Shown: piece by piece, positions 38,603-46,382 of the stretch
How positions within the stretch are numbered: position 1 is the first letter of the stretch
Layout of the letters: each line of letters starts with the position of its first letter
NCBI GenBank assembly: GCA_019456165.1
Contig: VRUJ01000012.1
Location: 115-64,114 of the forward strand
From: Chloroflexota bacterium
GTDB taxonomy: Bacteria; Chloroflexota; Anaerolineae; Anaerolineales; UBA11579
Direction: 5' to 3'
Length of the DNA stretch: 64,000 nucleotides
Made by a program: the position numbers and the translations under genes
Notes under the pieces: generated by a model
Databases searched by the model: none
Told to the model about the DNA's origin: nothing
Seen by the model: only the letters and a program-made list of their open reading frames with translations

Positions 38603-39635
38603 TCAACACCTAAAAATCCTGAGCATCGGTGCGGGAGCTTTAGGAACTTATATTGGAGGCAGCCTGGCGCTGCACGGCCATGAAGTGGTATTCTTGGAGC
38701 AGCCCAAAGTGGCCGGGGATCTTCGCAGGCGCGCCTTAAGGCTCAACCTTCGCGGCGTAGAGCACAGCGTCACAAACTTCACGGTTACAGGCTTCCTAGA
38801 TGAAGCCATGCTGTTGGGTCCTTTTGATGTGGGGCTTTTCGCCTTGAAATCGTTCGATACTCAGACTGTAATCAAGACTTTGGTTGATGAGTCAGAAAAC
38901 CTACCTCCTTTCCTTTGTTTGCAGAATGGGGTTGATAACGAGCGTGCGCTGAGGAAAATCTTTGGGAAAGATAAAGTGATTGCAGGCACTGTCACCTCTG
39001 CGGTTGGACGGCGGGACGCGGGTGATATCGTCCTTGAACGTCTGCGCGGAATTGGAATCGCCTCAGGACACCCTCTTTCTAAAAGACTGGCGCAAGCATT
39101 CTCCTCCGCGGGTTTGAATGCCCAGCTCTTCTCCTGCGCTGATAACATGAAGTGGTCCAAAATGCTTACCAACCTGCTTGCCAACGCATCTTCTGCCATT
39201 CTGGATATGCCTCCAGCCGAGATCTTCGCCCACCCAGGCCTATTCGCCCTGGAAATTTCCCAACTGCGAGAGTGTCTAGCTGTTATGCGTGCAAAGAATA
39301 TCCACGCTGTTAACCTGCCAAAAACACCTGTCCGCGCCCTGGCATTCGCAGTGCGCAGACTGCCCCTGGCTCTCTCCCGCCCTATCCTTACGCGCGCAGT
39401 TGGCGGCGGTCGCGGGGATAAAATGCCCTCCTTCCACATTGACCTGCACAGCGGACGCGGCAAGAGCGAGGTGAATTATCTTAATGGCGCGGTTGTGCAT
39501 GCTGGGAAAAAATCAGGCATTCCAACTCCGGTGAATAAACTGCTGAATGATACTTTGAGAGGGTTAACCAAAGGTCAAATTCAAATGGATGAATTTCGAG
39601 GCAAACCTGAACGTTTAATCACTCAAACCAAATAA
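38586..39635 (+). CDS. ketopantoate reductase (ApbA/PanE) family oxidoreductase
   Basis: The N-terminal Rossmann motif ILSIGAGALGTYIGGSL is followed by an ApbA_C-like C-terminal half (EVNYLNGAVV..G...G.PTP.N). Confidence 0.75.
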   Translation: MTVSNNQHLKILSIGAGALGTYIGGSLALHGHEVVFLEQPKVAGDLRRRALRLNLRGVEHSVTNFTVTGFLDEAMLLGPFDVGLFALKSFDTQTVIKTLVDESENLPPFLCLQNGVDNERALRKIFGKDKVIAGTVTSAVGRRDAGDIVLERLRGIGIASGHPLSKRLAQAFSSAGLNAQLFSCADNMKWSKMLTNLLANASSAILDMPPAEIFAHPGLFALEISQLRECLAVMRAKNIHAVNLPKTPVRALAFAVRRLPLALSRPILTRAVGGGRGDKMPSFHIDLHSGRGKSEVNYLNGAVVHAGKKSGIPTPVNKLLNDTLRGLTKGQIQMDEFRGKPERLITQTK

Positions 39636-40023
39636 ACCTACTTCATTTAGATTTAGTTTCATTCTTTGAGGTAATTAAAACAATATCTTCTCTCAATTGT
39701 TATGATGAAGAATTTAAAACTCCTCTTAAATCAATTACACCTTTGTTGACATACACTAATATTCTTAAATGTCATGTATTTATATGTTAGAACTTTTTTT
39801 CTTTCTTGATTACAATATAATCAGTCAATTCGCAATATTGTAGGGTGATATTGAGATAATTACATTATTTTGTAATGTTATTCTGTTTTCCAGGTAAGGT
39901 ATGTATAAGTGGTTGATTATTATATAAGTGATTCATAATAATTGCTAAAATCAATAGAACAATCTTTCTTATTATAAGCTAGTATGCGGGGGTATGTAAC
40001 TTCTTACCCCCTATATGTAGTGA

Positions 40024-40052
40024 TTGACAGATAATTTCATTTAGATTACAAT
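40024..40052 (+). promoter_or_regulatory. consensus promoter TTGACA-17-TACAAT of the AT-rich five-gene operon
   Basis: The hexamers and spacer were counted directly, about 50 nt upstream of the first ATG. The spacer contains the 12-mer TTCATTTAGATT, which is repeated at 39642. Confidence 0.55.
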
Positions 40053-40103
40053 ATTTCCAAGAATAATTGAATTTACTTATATCTTATAATTGGAGATTGA
40101 TTG

Positions 40104-40436
40104 ATGGACGAACAATTATTAAATACGATTACACTAATGTCTCAGGCTCTTCATGATATCCGCAACTTACTCAAGATAAGCACAGGTGAAAATGTCAAGG
40201 CTTTTTTAGAAAAAACTCTAGTTTCAGAACAAGAGAAATTAGCCTATGAACTAACTGATGGAGAAAATACACAAACACAGATAGCTAAAAAGGTAAATGT
40301 TACTCAACCAGCCGTATCTTTTTGGTGGCGAAAGTGGAATCAAATTAATCTCTCAATTGATTCACCGGCCTACCCTGGAAGACAAGAAGCTGTTTTTAGT
40401 TTATCTGAATATGGAATCAAGGTGAAAAACAATTAA
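40104..40436 (+). CDS. small HTH protein, paralog 1 of 3
   Basis: 110 aa, with a GGAG RBS. The C-terminal half is KLAYELTDGENTQTQIAKKVNVTQPAVSFWWRKWNQ. This is a homeodomain-like HTH like that found in resolvase/transposase N-termini. Confidence 0.6.
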   Translation: MDEQLLNTITLMSQALHDIRNLLKISTGENVKAFLEKTLVSEQEKLAYELTDGENTQTQIAKKVNVTQPAVSFWWRKWNQINLSIDSPAYPGRQEAVFSLSEYGIKVKNN

Positions 40437-40446
40437 GGAGTTCCAG

Positions 40447-40827
40447 GTGCAAGAAGACCTACGCAATCAAAAAAACGAAAACCAGAGCGAAGTTTCAAAA
40501 ATATTGAAAGAATTAGCAGTAATACACACGCGAATCGAAAAATGGCTTCGTTTTTTTGCTCAATCTGAACTAGAAAAGCGTCTTTCTAATATATTTTCTA
40601 CTAATGAAGAACTCATTATCTATGAGCTAACGAATGGGAAAAGGAGTTCGAGGGAGATTGCAAAGCTTGTCAATAAAAGCCATAACTGGATTGTAGACCT
40701 GTGGAAAAAATGGGAAGATGATAACAATATAGTTGAACCAATTGGCCCCAGGAAACCTTATTCAGCAAAATATACATTACCAGAATTAGCTATTTTATTT
40801 GGAAAATCAGAACTAAAGGAGGGCTAA
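40447..40827 (+). CDS. small HTH protein, paralog 2 of 3
   Basis: 126 aa, with a GTG start 6 nt after AAGGAG. It reads ELIIYELTNGKRSSREIAKLVNKSHNWIVDLWKKWEDD...PRKPYSAKYTLPELAILFG. Confidence 0.6.
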   Translation: MQEDLRNQKNENQSEVSKILKELAVIHTRIEKWLRFFAQSELEKRLSNIFSTNEELIIYELTNGKRSSREIAKLVNKSHNWIVDLWKKWEDDNNIVEPIGPRKPYSAKYTLPELAILFGKSELKEG

Positions 40828-41169
40828 ATGCCGCAAGAAATTAATCAGCAAGAAATAACCACTGTACTAAAAGACATTGCCGCTTCGTTGCGTGCATTGA
40901 TCCAACCTCAAATTGAATCCCGATTGTCCCACTTTTTTCCCTCGAGTGAAGAAATGCTCGCATATAAATTATCTGACGGTACACGGAGCACACGCGCAAT
41001 TAGTGATATTGTTGGAGCAAGCCATATGACAATTGGCAATTGGTGGAGAAAATGGGAAGAGGATTATTCAATTATTGAATCTTTAGGAAAAAATAAGCCG
41101 TATAAAGCGAAATATTCCCTCTCAAAACTCGCGATTATGTTTGGAAAGGAGAATAACGATGGCAAATGA
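40828..41169 (+). CDS. small HTH protein, paralog 3 of 3
   Basis: 113 aa. The ATG directly abuts the previous stop (TAAATG). It reads EMLAYKLSDGTRSTRAISDIVGASHMTIGNWWRKWEED...KNKPYKAKYSLSKLAIMFG. Confidence 0.6.
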   Translation: MPQEINQQEITTVLKDIAASLRALIQPQIESRLSHFFPSSEEMLAYKLSDGTRSTRAISDIVGASHMTIGNWWRKWEEDYSIIESLGKNKPYKAKYSLSKLAIMFGKENNDGK

Positions 41170-41383
41170 GGATAACTTACACGAAATATCTATTGCCATA
41201 AACCAACTAGCAAAATTGCAGGCTTATAGTATTGTTCAAAGTGATGAGTGGATAGCTAAGAAAAATGTAGAAAAAATATTATTTCTCAACAGTCTTGGTT
41301 TTAGACCAAAAGATATCAGTGAAATTATTCAAACGACCATAGGGACTGTGAAAAAAGAAATTTCAACTCATAAAAATAAATAA
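41159..41383 (+). CDS. small HTH protein (fourth, more divergent)
   Basis: 74 aa counted from the ATG after AAGGAG, overlapping the previous stop. It reads EKILFLNSLGFRPKDISEIIQTTIGTVKKEIS, which is LuxR/sigma-region-4-like. Confidence 0.5.
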   Translation: MANEDNLHEISIAINQLAKLQAYSIVQSDEWIAKKNVEKILFLNSLGFRPKDISEIIQTTIGTVKKEISTHKNK

Positions 41384-41401
41384 TATTAATAGGAAAAATT
41401 T

Positions 41402-42184
41402 ATGTCAAAAAGTAGTCGAATAGACCCTGAAATAATAAAAAAAATTATAAAAGCAATGGGATTGAAACAACGCCAAACGTACAATAAGATTCACTCTGTT
41501 GCAAATATGTATAATATCCCCCAAAATTTTGCGGCAATTAAGTTGGCTTCTGAGCTTGGGATTGGGATACAAAAATATGCTACCGATGAGTATTATGCTG
41601 CTTTGTCAGGTGTAAGAGTAAAACATTCTCAAGTTCCAAAAAATAATAACGGTGAATTACCTACACAAGTCACCAGAAAGATTGTTGTTTCAAAACAGCA
41701 CCCACTCGTTGAAATTGATCTATCGAGTGTTGTTAATCCTGAACTAATAAAAATCTTAGAACGAGATATTTCCGAATTAAATTGTGCTATCAAGATTGGT
41801 ATTGAAAAAACTAAAAAGACTTGTATGATTTTATCGGGTTCTATTGCCGAGGCTTTACTTCTAGAGCGATTAACCAGAGATAATTCCATCGAACAAGAAG
41901 CAATACAGGTTGCTTCTACACTTAAATATCCTGGAAAACCAAGTAAACTCAATAATTTAGAATCTTGGGTTTTAGTATCTCTTGTTGAGGTTGGAAGCAA
42001 ATTAAATACACCAGTTTTACCAGCTGATTCATTAGATCAAATCGGGCAATTGCGGAAATGGCGAAATCTGATACACCCTGGCAGAGAGTTAAAGGATAAT
42101 AGCAATAAAAGAATTAGGCCCACAAAAACTCGTGCAAAAAATGCTATTGGATTTCTTGAATTTGTTGCAAGTGAGTTAAACTAG
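41402..42184 (+). CDS. 260-aa protein with a helical C-terminal domain carrying a HEPN-like motif (LRKWRNLIHPG)
   Basis: It is the last ORF of the operon. The C-terminal ~130 aa are predicted helical by eye. They carry R-x6-H / RN-x2-H (RKWRNLIH), followed by a helix (AKNAIGFLEFV), as in HEPN families. The N-terminal ~70 aa form a small helical module of unknown type. Confidence 0.45.
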   Translation: MSKSSRIDPEIIKKIIKAMGLKQRQTYNKIHSVANMYNIPQNFAAIKLASELGIGIQKYATDEYYAALSGVRVKHSQVPKNNNGELPTQVTRKIVVSKQHPLVEIDLSSVVNPELIKILERDISELNCAIKIGIEKTKKTCMILSGSIAEALLLERLTRDNSIEQEAIQVASTLKYPGKPSKLNNLESWVLVSLVEVGSKLNTPVLPADSLDQIGQLRKWRNLIHPGRELKDNSNKRIRPTKTRAKNAIGFLEFVASELN

Positions 42185-42249
42185 AATTATCATTTGGTAT
42201 TTGGGGTAAAATCAGTAAGATTGTATCAATATTTCACAGAGGAAAATAT

Positions 42250-44205
42250 ATGTCCGAGCAATTTGAATTCGGGGGCGAGATCGTCTGGCGGCCAAACGAG
42301 GATTACATCGAAAACGCCAACCTCACCGCCTTCATGCGCCAGCACAATATCGCAGACTTTACCGAACTCATGCAGCGCTCCACCGAAGATGTCGCCTGGT
42401 TCACCGAGGCCGTGCTCAAATTCCTGGACATACAATTCCAGCAACCATACAGCAAAGTGGTCGATCTTTCCAAAGGCATAATGTGGCCGCAGTGGTGTGT
42501 GGATGGCAAAATGAACATCGCCCATAACTGTGTGGATAAATACATTGGGACGCAAACCGAGAATCAACCCGCACTCATCTGGGAGGGCGAAGAAGGCCAA
42601 ACGGTAACCATGACTTACGCAGAACTTTACCGCCAGGTCAATCAAACAGCGAATGCCTTACGTAATCTAGGGCTGGGTAAAGGCGATGCCATCGGTATTT
42701 ATGTGCCCATGACGCCCGAGATCGTGGTCGCCCTCTTAGCCATCGCCAAGATTGGGGGTATAATTTTGCCTCTCTTTTCAGGCTACGGCGTCGGCGCGGT
42801 GGTCACCCGTCTGGCAGATGCGGACGCAAAAGCCCTCTTCACCGCGGATGGCATGTTCCGCAGAGGAAGACCGGTTGCGATGAAACCCACCGCCGACAAG
42901 GCGGCCGAACAAGTTCCATCGTTAAAAATAATGATCGTTCTCAATCGAATCGGCCTTGATGTGCATATGGAAGAGGGACGAGATTATTGGTGGAACGACA
43001 TCATCCCGAAACAATCCGACCAGGCCGAGACGGAGATCACCTCAGCTGAAGATACCCTTATGGTGATCTATACATCCGGAACGACCGGGCGCCCCAAAGG
43101 AGCCGTGCACACCCATTGTGGATTTCCGGTAAAAGCGGCTCAAGATATGGCTTTTGGTACAGACCTGCATCCGGGGCAAGTACTCTATTGGATGACAGAT
43201 ATGGGTTGGATGATGGGACCCTGGCTGGTGTTTGGCGCTTTGATCCTGGGCAGCACATTCTTCATCTATGATGGCGCGCCAGACTACCCCGAACCAGATA
43301 GGTTGTGGGAAATGGTCGCCAGGCATAAGATTACTACGCTAGGTATTTCCCCCACCCTAGTGCGCTCTTTGATCGCTCACGGGGAGACTCCCTTCAAAAA
43401 ACATGATATTTCCTCCCTGCGTTTTTTTGCATCCACTGGCGAGCCCTGGAATCCCGACCCCTGGATGTGGTTATTTAATAACGTGGGTGGAGCAAAGCTG
43501 CCGATAATAAATTACTCTGGAGGCACTGAGATATCTGGAGGCATCGTAATGGGCAATCCTATTCTGCCCCTCAAGGCGTCTGCGTTTGCAGGCCCTTGCC
43601 CAGGAATCGCCGCGGATGTATTCAATGAGCAAGGAAATTCTGTCCAGGATCAGGTTGGCGAACTGGTTATTAAAGCTCCCTGGATTGGCATGACGCGCGG
43701 CTTCTGGAAAGACCCGCAGCGCTATGAGGAAACCTATTGGGCACGCTGGCCAAACACCTGGGTGCAAGGAGACTGGGCAGCTAAAGACAATGATGGTCTC
43801 TGGTATATCCTAGGACGCTCTGATGATACGATCAAAATAGCCGGCAAACGTCTTGGTCCAGCAGAAGTCGAATCGATTCTGGTGAGCCATCCTGAAGTAG
43901 TTGAGGCAGGCGCGATAGGTATTCCCCATGAGATAAAAGGCAGCGAATTAGTAATATTTTGTGTTTTGGTCTCCGGGGCTCAAATAAGTGACGATCTGCG
44001 GCAAGAACTAAAAAAGATGGTTATTGACGCGATGGGCAAACCTCTAGCACCCAAAAACATCCTGTTTGTCAACGATCTCCCCAAGACACGCAACGCCAAG
44101 GTAATGCGCCGTATGGTACGCTCCGCTTACCTCGGCCATGACCCCGGAGATACTTCATCATTGGTTAATCCAGAAGCTGTTGAGCAAATTAAGAAAGCAA
44201 AATGA
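42250..44205 (+). CDS. acetyl-CoA synthetase-like AMP-forming acyl-CoA synthetase
   Basis: The 651-aa ORF carries YTSGTTGRPKG, GEPWNP, GRSDDTIKIAGKRLGP and PKTRNAKVMRR. The N-terminal extension is ACS-like. Confidence 0.85.
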   Translation: MSEQFEFGGEIVWRPNEDYIENANLTAFMRQHNIADFTELMQRSTEDVAWFTEAVLKFLDIQFQQPYSKVVDLSKGIMWPQWCVDGKMNIAHNCVDKYIGTQTENQPALIWEGEEGQTVTMTYAELYRQVNQTANALRNLGLGKGDAIGIYVPMTPEIVVALLAIAKIGGIILPLFSGYGVGAVVTRLADADAKALFTADGMFRRGRPVAMKPTADKAAEQVPSLKIMIVLNRIGLDVHMEEGRDYWWNDIIPKQSDQAETEITSAEDTLMVIYTSGTTGRPKGAVHTHCGFPVKAAQDMAFGTDLHPGQVLYWMTDMGWMMGPWLVFGALILGSTFFIYDGAPDYPEPDRLWEMVARHKITTLGISPTLVRSLIAHGETPFKKHDISSLRFFASTGEPWNPDPWMWLFNNVGGAKLPIINYSGGTEISGGIVMGNPILPLKASAFAGPCPGIAADVFNEQGNSVQDQVGELVIKAPWIGMTRGFWKDPQRYEETYWARWPNTWVQGDWAAKDNDGLWYILGRSDDTIKIAGKRLGPAEVESILVSHPEVVEAGAIGIPHEIKGSELVIFCVLVSGAQISDDLRQELKKMVIDAMGKPLAPKNILFVNDLPKTRNAKVMRRMVRSAYLGHDPGDTSSLVNPEAVEQIKKAK

Positions 44206-44248
44206 CATTGCAAACACACATTAATAATCGCTTTTTAGGAGCAATTAA

Positions 44249-45403
44249 ATGGACTTTGATCTAAATGAAGAACAGCGCATGTGGCGCGATGCGGTGCACG
44301 AATTCGTCTCACGCGAGGTAAAACCCAAGGCGCGCGAAGTGGATGAAAGAGGCGAATTTAATTGGGATGCCACTAATAAGATGGGGGCATTGGGGTTACT
44401 AGGCTTAAACGTGCCTGAAAAATATGGCGGGGCCGGGGTGGATGCCATCAGCGCGGCTATCGCCATCGAAGAATTAGGTTGGGGCTGCGGCAGCACCGCA
44501 TTATCCATCGCCGCGCATAATGCTCTTGGTTGTGCCCCGATAGCAAAACATGGCTCGGAAGAACTGCAGAAAAAATATTTACCAAATGCCGCCACAGGTA
44601 AAGGCAAACTCGCTGCGTTGGCCCTGACTGAGCCAGGCGCGGGTTCCGATCTTAAAGGCGGGGTAATAACTCATGCAGAGTTCGTGGATAACAATTGGGT
44701 GATCAACGGCGCAAAAATGTGGTGCACCAATGCCAGTATCGCTGATTATATAATCACTCTCGTACGCACAGATGATCAAGCTGGGTCTAATGCGCTCAGC
44801 ATGTTCGTCGTGCCCACGGATTCTGAAGGGCTGCATATAGGCCCTCTTGAAAAAAAGATGGGCCTTAAAGGCTCACCCACTCATGCGGTAACTTACGAGA
44901 ATGTGCGTGTGGATGCAGAGAATTTAGTCGGAAATCTTGGCCGCGGTTTGTATTATGCTTTTGAGACTCTAGACGGGGGACGCATCGGGATCGGTGCTTT
45001 AGCTGTAGGATTGGCTCAAGCAGCTTTCGAGGCAGCCGTGAAATATGCCCAAGAGCGGGAAACATTTGGTCAACCCATAGCCAACTACCAAGCTATCCAA
45101 TGGATGCTGGCTGATGCAGCTACCGAGATCCAAACTGCACGCTTGATGGTTTATTTTGCTGCAAGTCAGAAAGAATTAGGCCGTCCATTCTCAAAAGAAG
45201 CCGCTATGGCCAAGCTTTTTGCTACCGAAATGGCTGAACGCGTGTGCCGCAACGCTATCCAAATTCACGGCGGATATGGATACAGCCAAGAATATCCCGT
45301 GGAGCGAATATACCGCGACGCGCGCCTGATGACCATTGGAGAGGGCACGAGTGAAGTGCAGCGTATGGTGATCGCCCGTCACATTCTACAAGTGGCAGGT
45401 TAA
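44249..45403 (+). CDS. acyl-CoA dehydrogenase
   Basis: The 384-aa ORF shows ACAD patterns: LTEPGAGSD, KMWCTNA and QIHGGYGYSQEYPVERIYRDARLMTIGEGTSEVQ. Confidence 0.9.
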   Translation: MDFDLNEEQRMWRDAVHEFVSREVKPKAREVDERGEFNWDATNKMGALGLLGLNVPEKYGGAGVDAISAAIAIEELGWGCGSTALSIAAHNALGCAPIAKHGSEELQKKYLPNAATGKGKLAALALTEPGAGSDLKGGVITHAEFVDNNWVINGAKMWCTNASIADYIITLVRTDDQAGSNALSMFVVPTDSEGLHIGPLEKKMGLKGSPTHAVTYENVRVDAENLVGNLGRGLYYAFETLDGGRIGIGALAVGLAQAAFEAAVKYAQERETFGQPIANYQAIQWMLADAATEIQTARLMVYFAASQKELGRPFSKEAAMAKLFATEMAERVCRNAIQIHGGYGYSQEYPVERIYRDARLMTIGEGTSEVQRMVIARHILQVAG

Positions 45404-45421
45404 TAATTCTTATATTCAAAC

Positions 45422-45458
45422 CCTGGGGAAGAATATCTATTCTTCGCCAGGTTATTTC
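45422..45458. terminator. bidirectional intrinsic terminator between convergent genes
   Basis: CCTGGGGAAGAATA-tc-TATTCTTCGCCAGG forms 13 of 14 possible pairs and is followed by TTATTTCT. Confidence 0.55.
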
Positions 45459-45467
45459 TATAGTAAT

Positions 45468-45737
45468 TTACTCTTCCATGCCTCCCATGTGTTCCATACC
45501 TCCCATTTCATCCCCGTCATCATCATCTTCACGGTTGAGAATCGCGCCGTAAATAAAATACCCTGCAACACACAGTACTGCAGTAGCAACAACGAAGATC
45601 CAGTAATTCATCTCACTGAAAATCCTTGTTCCTACTTCAGGTACCATATATGCAAATACGGTTACCGCAACGATGACGATTATAAATGTACCGAAGAGCC
45701 AAAAACTCATTAGTTCACGTTTCTTTTGGTTATCCAT
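45468..45737 (-). CDS. small two-TM membrane protein with an acidic, Met/His/Gly-rich C-terminal tail
   Basis: The ATG lies 7 nt after GGAGGA. It has two hydrophobic helices followed by REDDDDGDEMGGMEHMGGMEE. Confidence 0.55.
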   Translation of the reverse strand: MDNQKKRELMSFWLFGTFIIVIVAVTVFAYMVPEVGTRIFSEMNYWIFVVATAVLCVAGYFIYGAILNREDDDDGDEMGGMEHMGGMEE

Positions 45738-45863
45738 GTAATAATCCTCCAAAAGTTAAAAAAATAGTGGATAAATAAATACCTTTAGAATCGATAATAG
45801 CATATTTGGGATTTTAAAGCAATCAAAAAATCGATTTATATCATCATGAATCATTAGTAATTA

Positions 45864-46376
45864 TTAGTGCCCAGCCTCCGATTTTGGATCATCACGGAGT
45901 AATTCCACAGCATGGGATAGTACAGGTAATACAGTTTCCAGATTCTCCTTGGCGGCTTTTGGGCTGCCTGGCAGGTTGATGATCAGCGTCTTGCCTCGGA
46001 TACCTGCCACTGCTCTAGACAGCATGGCGTGTGATGTGACCTGGATGCTTGCAGCTCGCATAGCCTCTGTGAGACCTGGCGCTAGACGTTGAATAACGCC
46101 GAGTGTGGCTTCTGGAGTTATATCTCGTTGGGCGAAACCGGTTCCGCCTGTAGTGAGGATAAAGTCTAGATTATGTACATCTGACCAATTAATTAATATA
46201 TTCTGAATCGCTTCCAAATCATCAGGCACGATCATTGTTTGGACAGATTTCCACCCTTGGTTCTTTATCGCTTCTTCCAAAGCAGGCCCAGAAAGATCTG
46301 GGCGCCCCCCTCTCGCGGAACGGTCGGAGATGGTAAGAATTCCGCATTGCAATATAACCCCTGTCTTTTTACTCAT
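45864..46376 (-). CDS. molybdenum cofactor biosynthesis protein, MogA/MoaB family
   Basis: The MoCF_biosynth pattern is present: ILTISDR, DFILTTGGTGFAQRDITPEA and INLPGSPKA. Confidence 0.85.
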   Translation of the reverse strand: MSKKTGVILQCGILTISDRSARGGRPDLSGPALEEAIKNQGWKSVQTMIVPDDLEAIQNILINWSDVHNLDFILTTGGTGFAQRDITPEATLGVIQRLAPGLTEAMRAASIQVTSHAMLSRAVAGIRGKTLIINLPGSPKAAKENLETVLPVLSHAVELLRDDPKSEAGH

Positions 46377-46382
46377 TTGCAG

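Noticed and set aside
38861-39463. A 200-aa minus-strand ORF lies inside the ketopantoate-reductase-family gene.
   Set aside because: Its Arg/Ala/Pro/Ser-rich low-complexity translation is typical of an antisense shadow of a GC-richer gene. The plus-strand frame has clear family motifs.
42194-42645. 95-aa (plus strand), 139-aa (minus strand) and 80-aa (minus strand) ORFs lie at the 5' end of the ACS-like gene.
   Set aside because: They are alternative-frame or antisense ORFs. The 42250 frame continues for 651 codons with acetyl-CoA-synthetase-family motifs.
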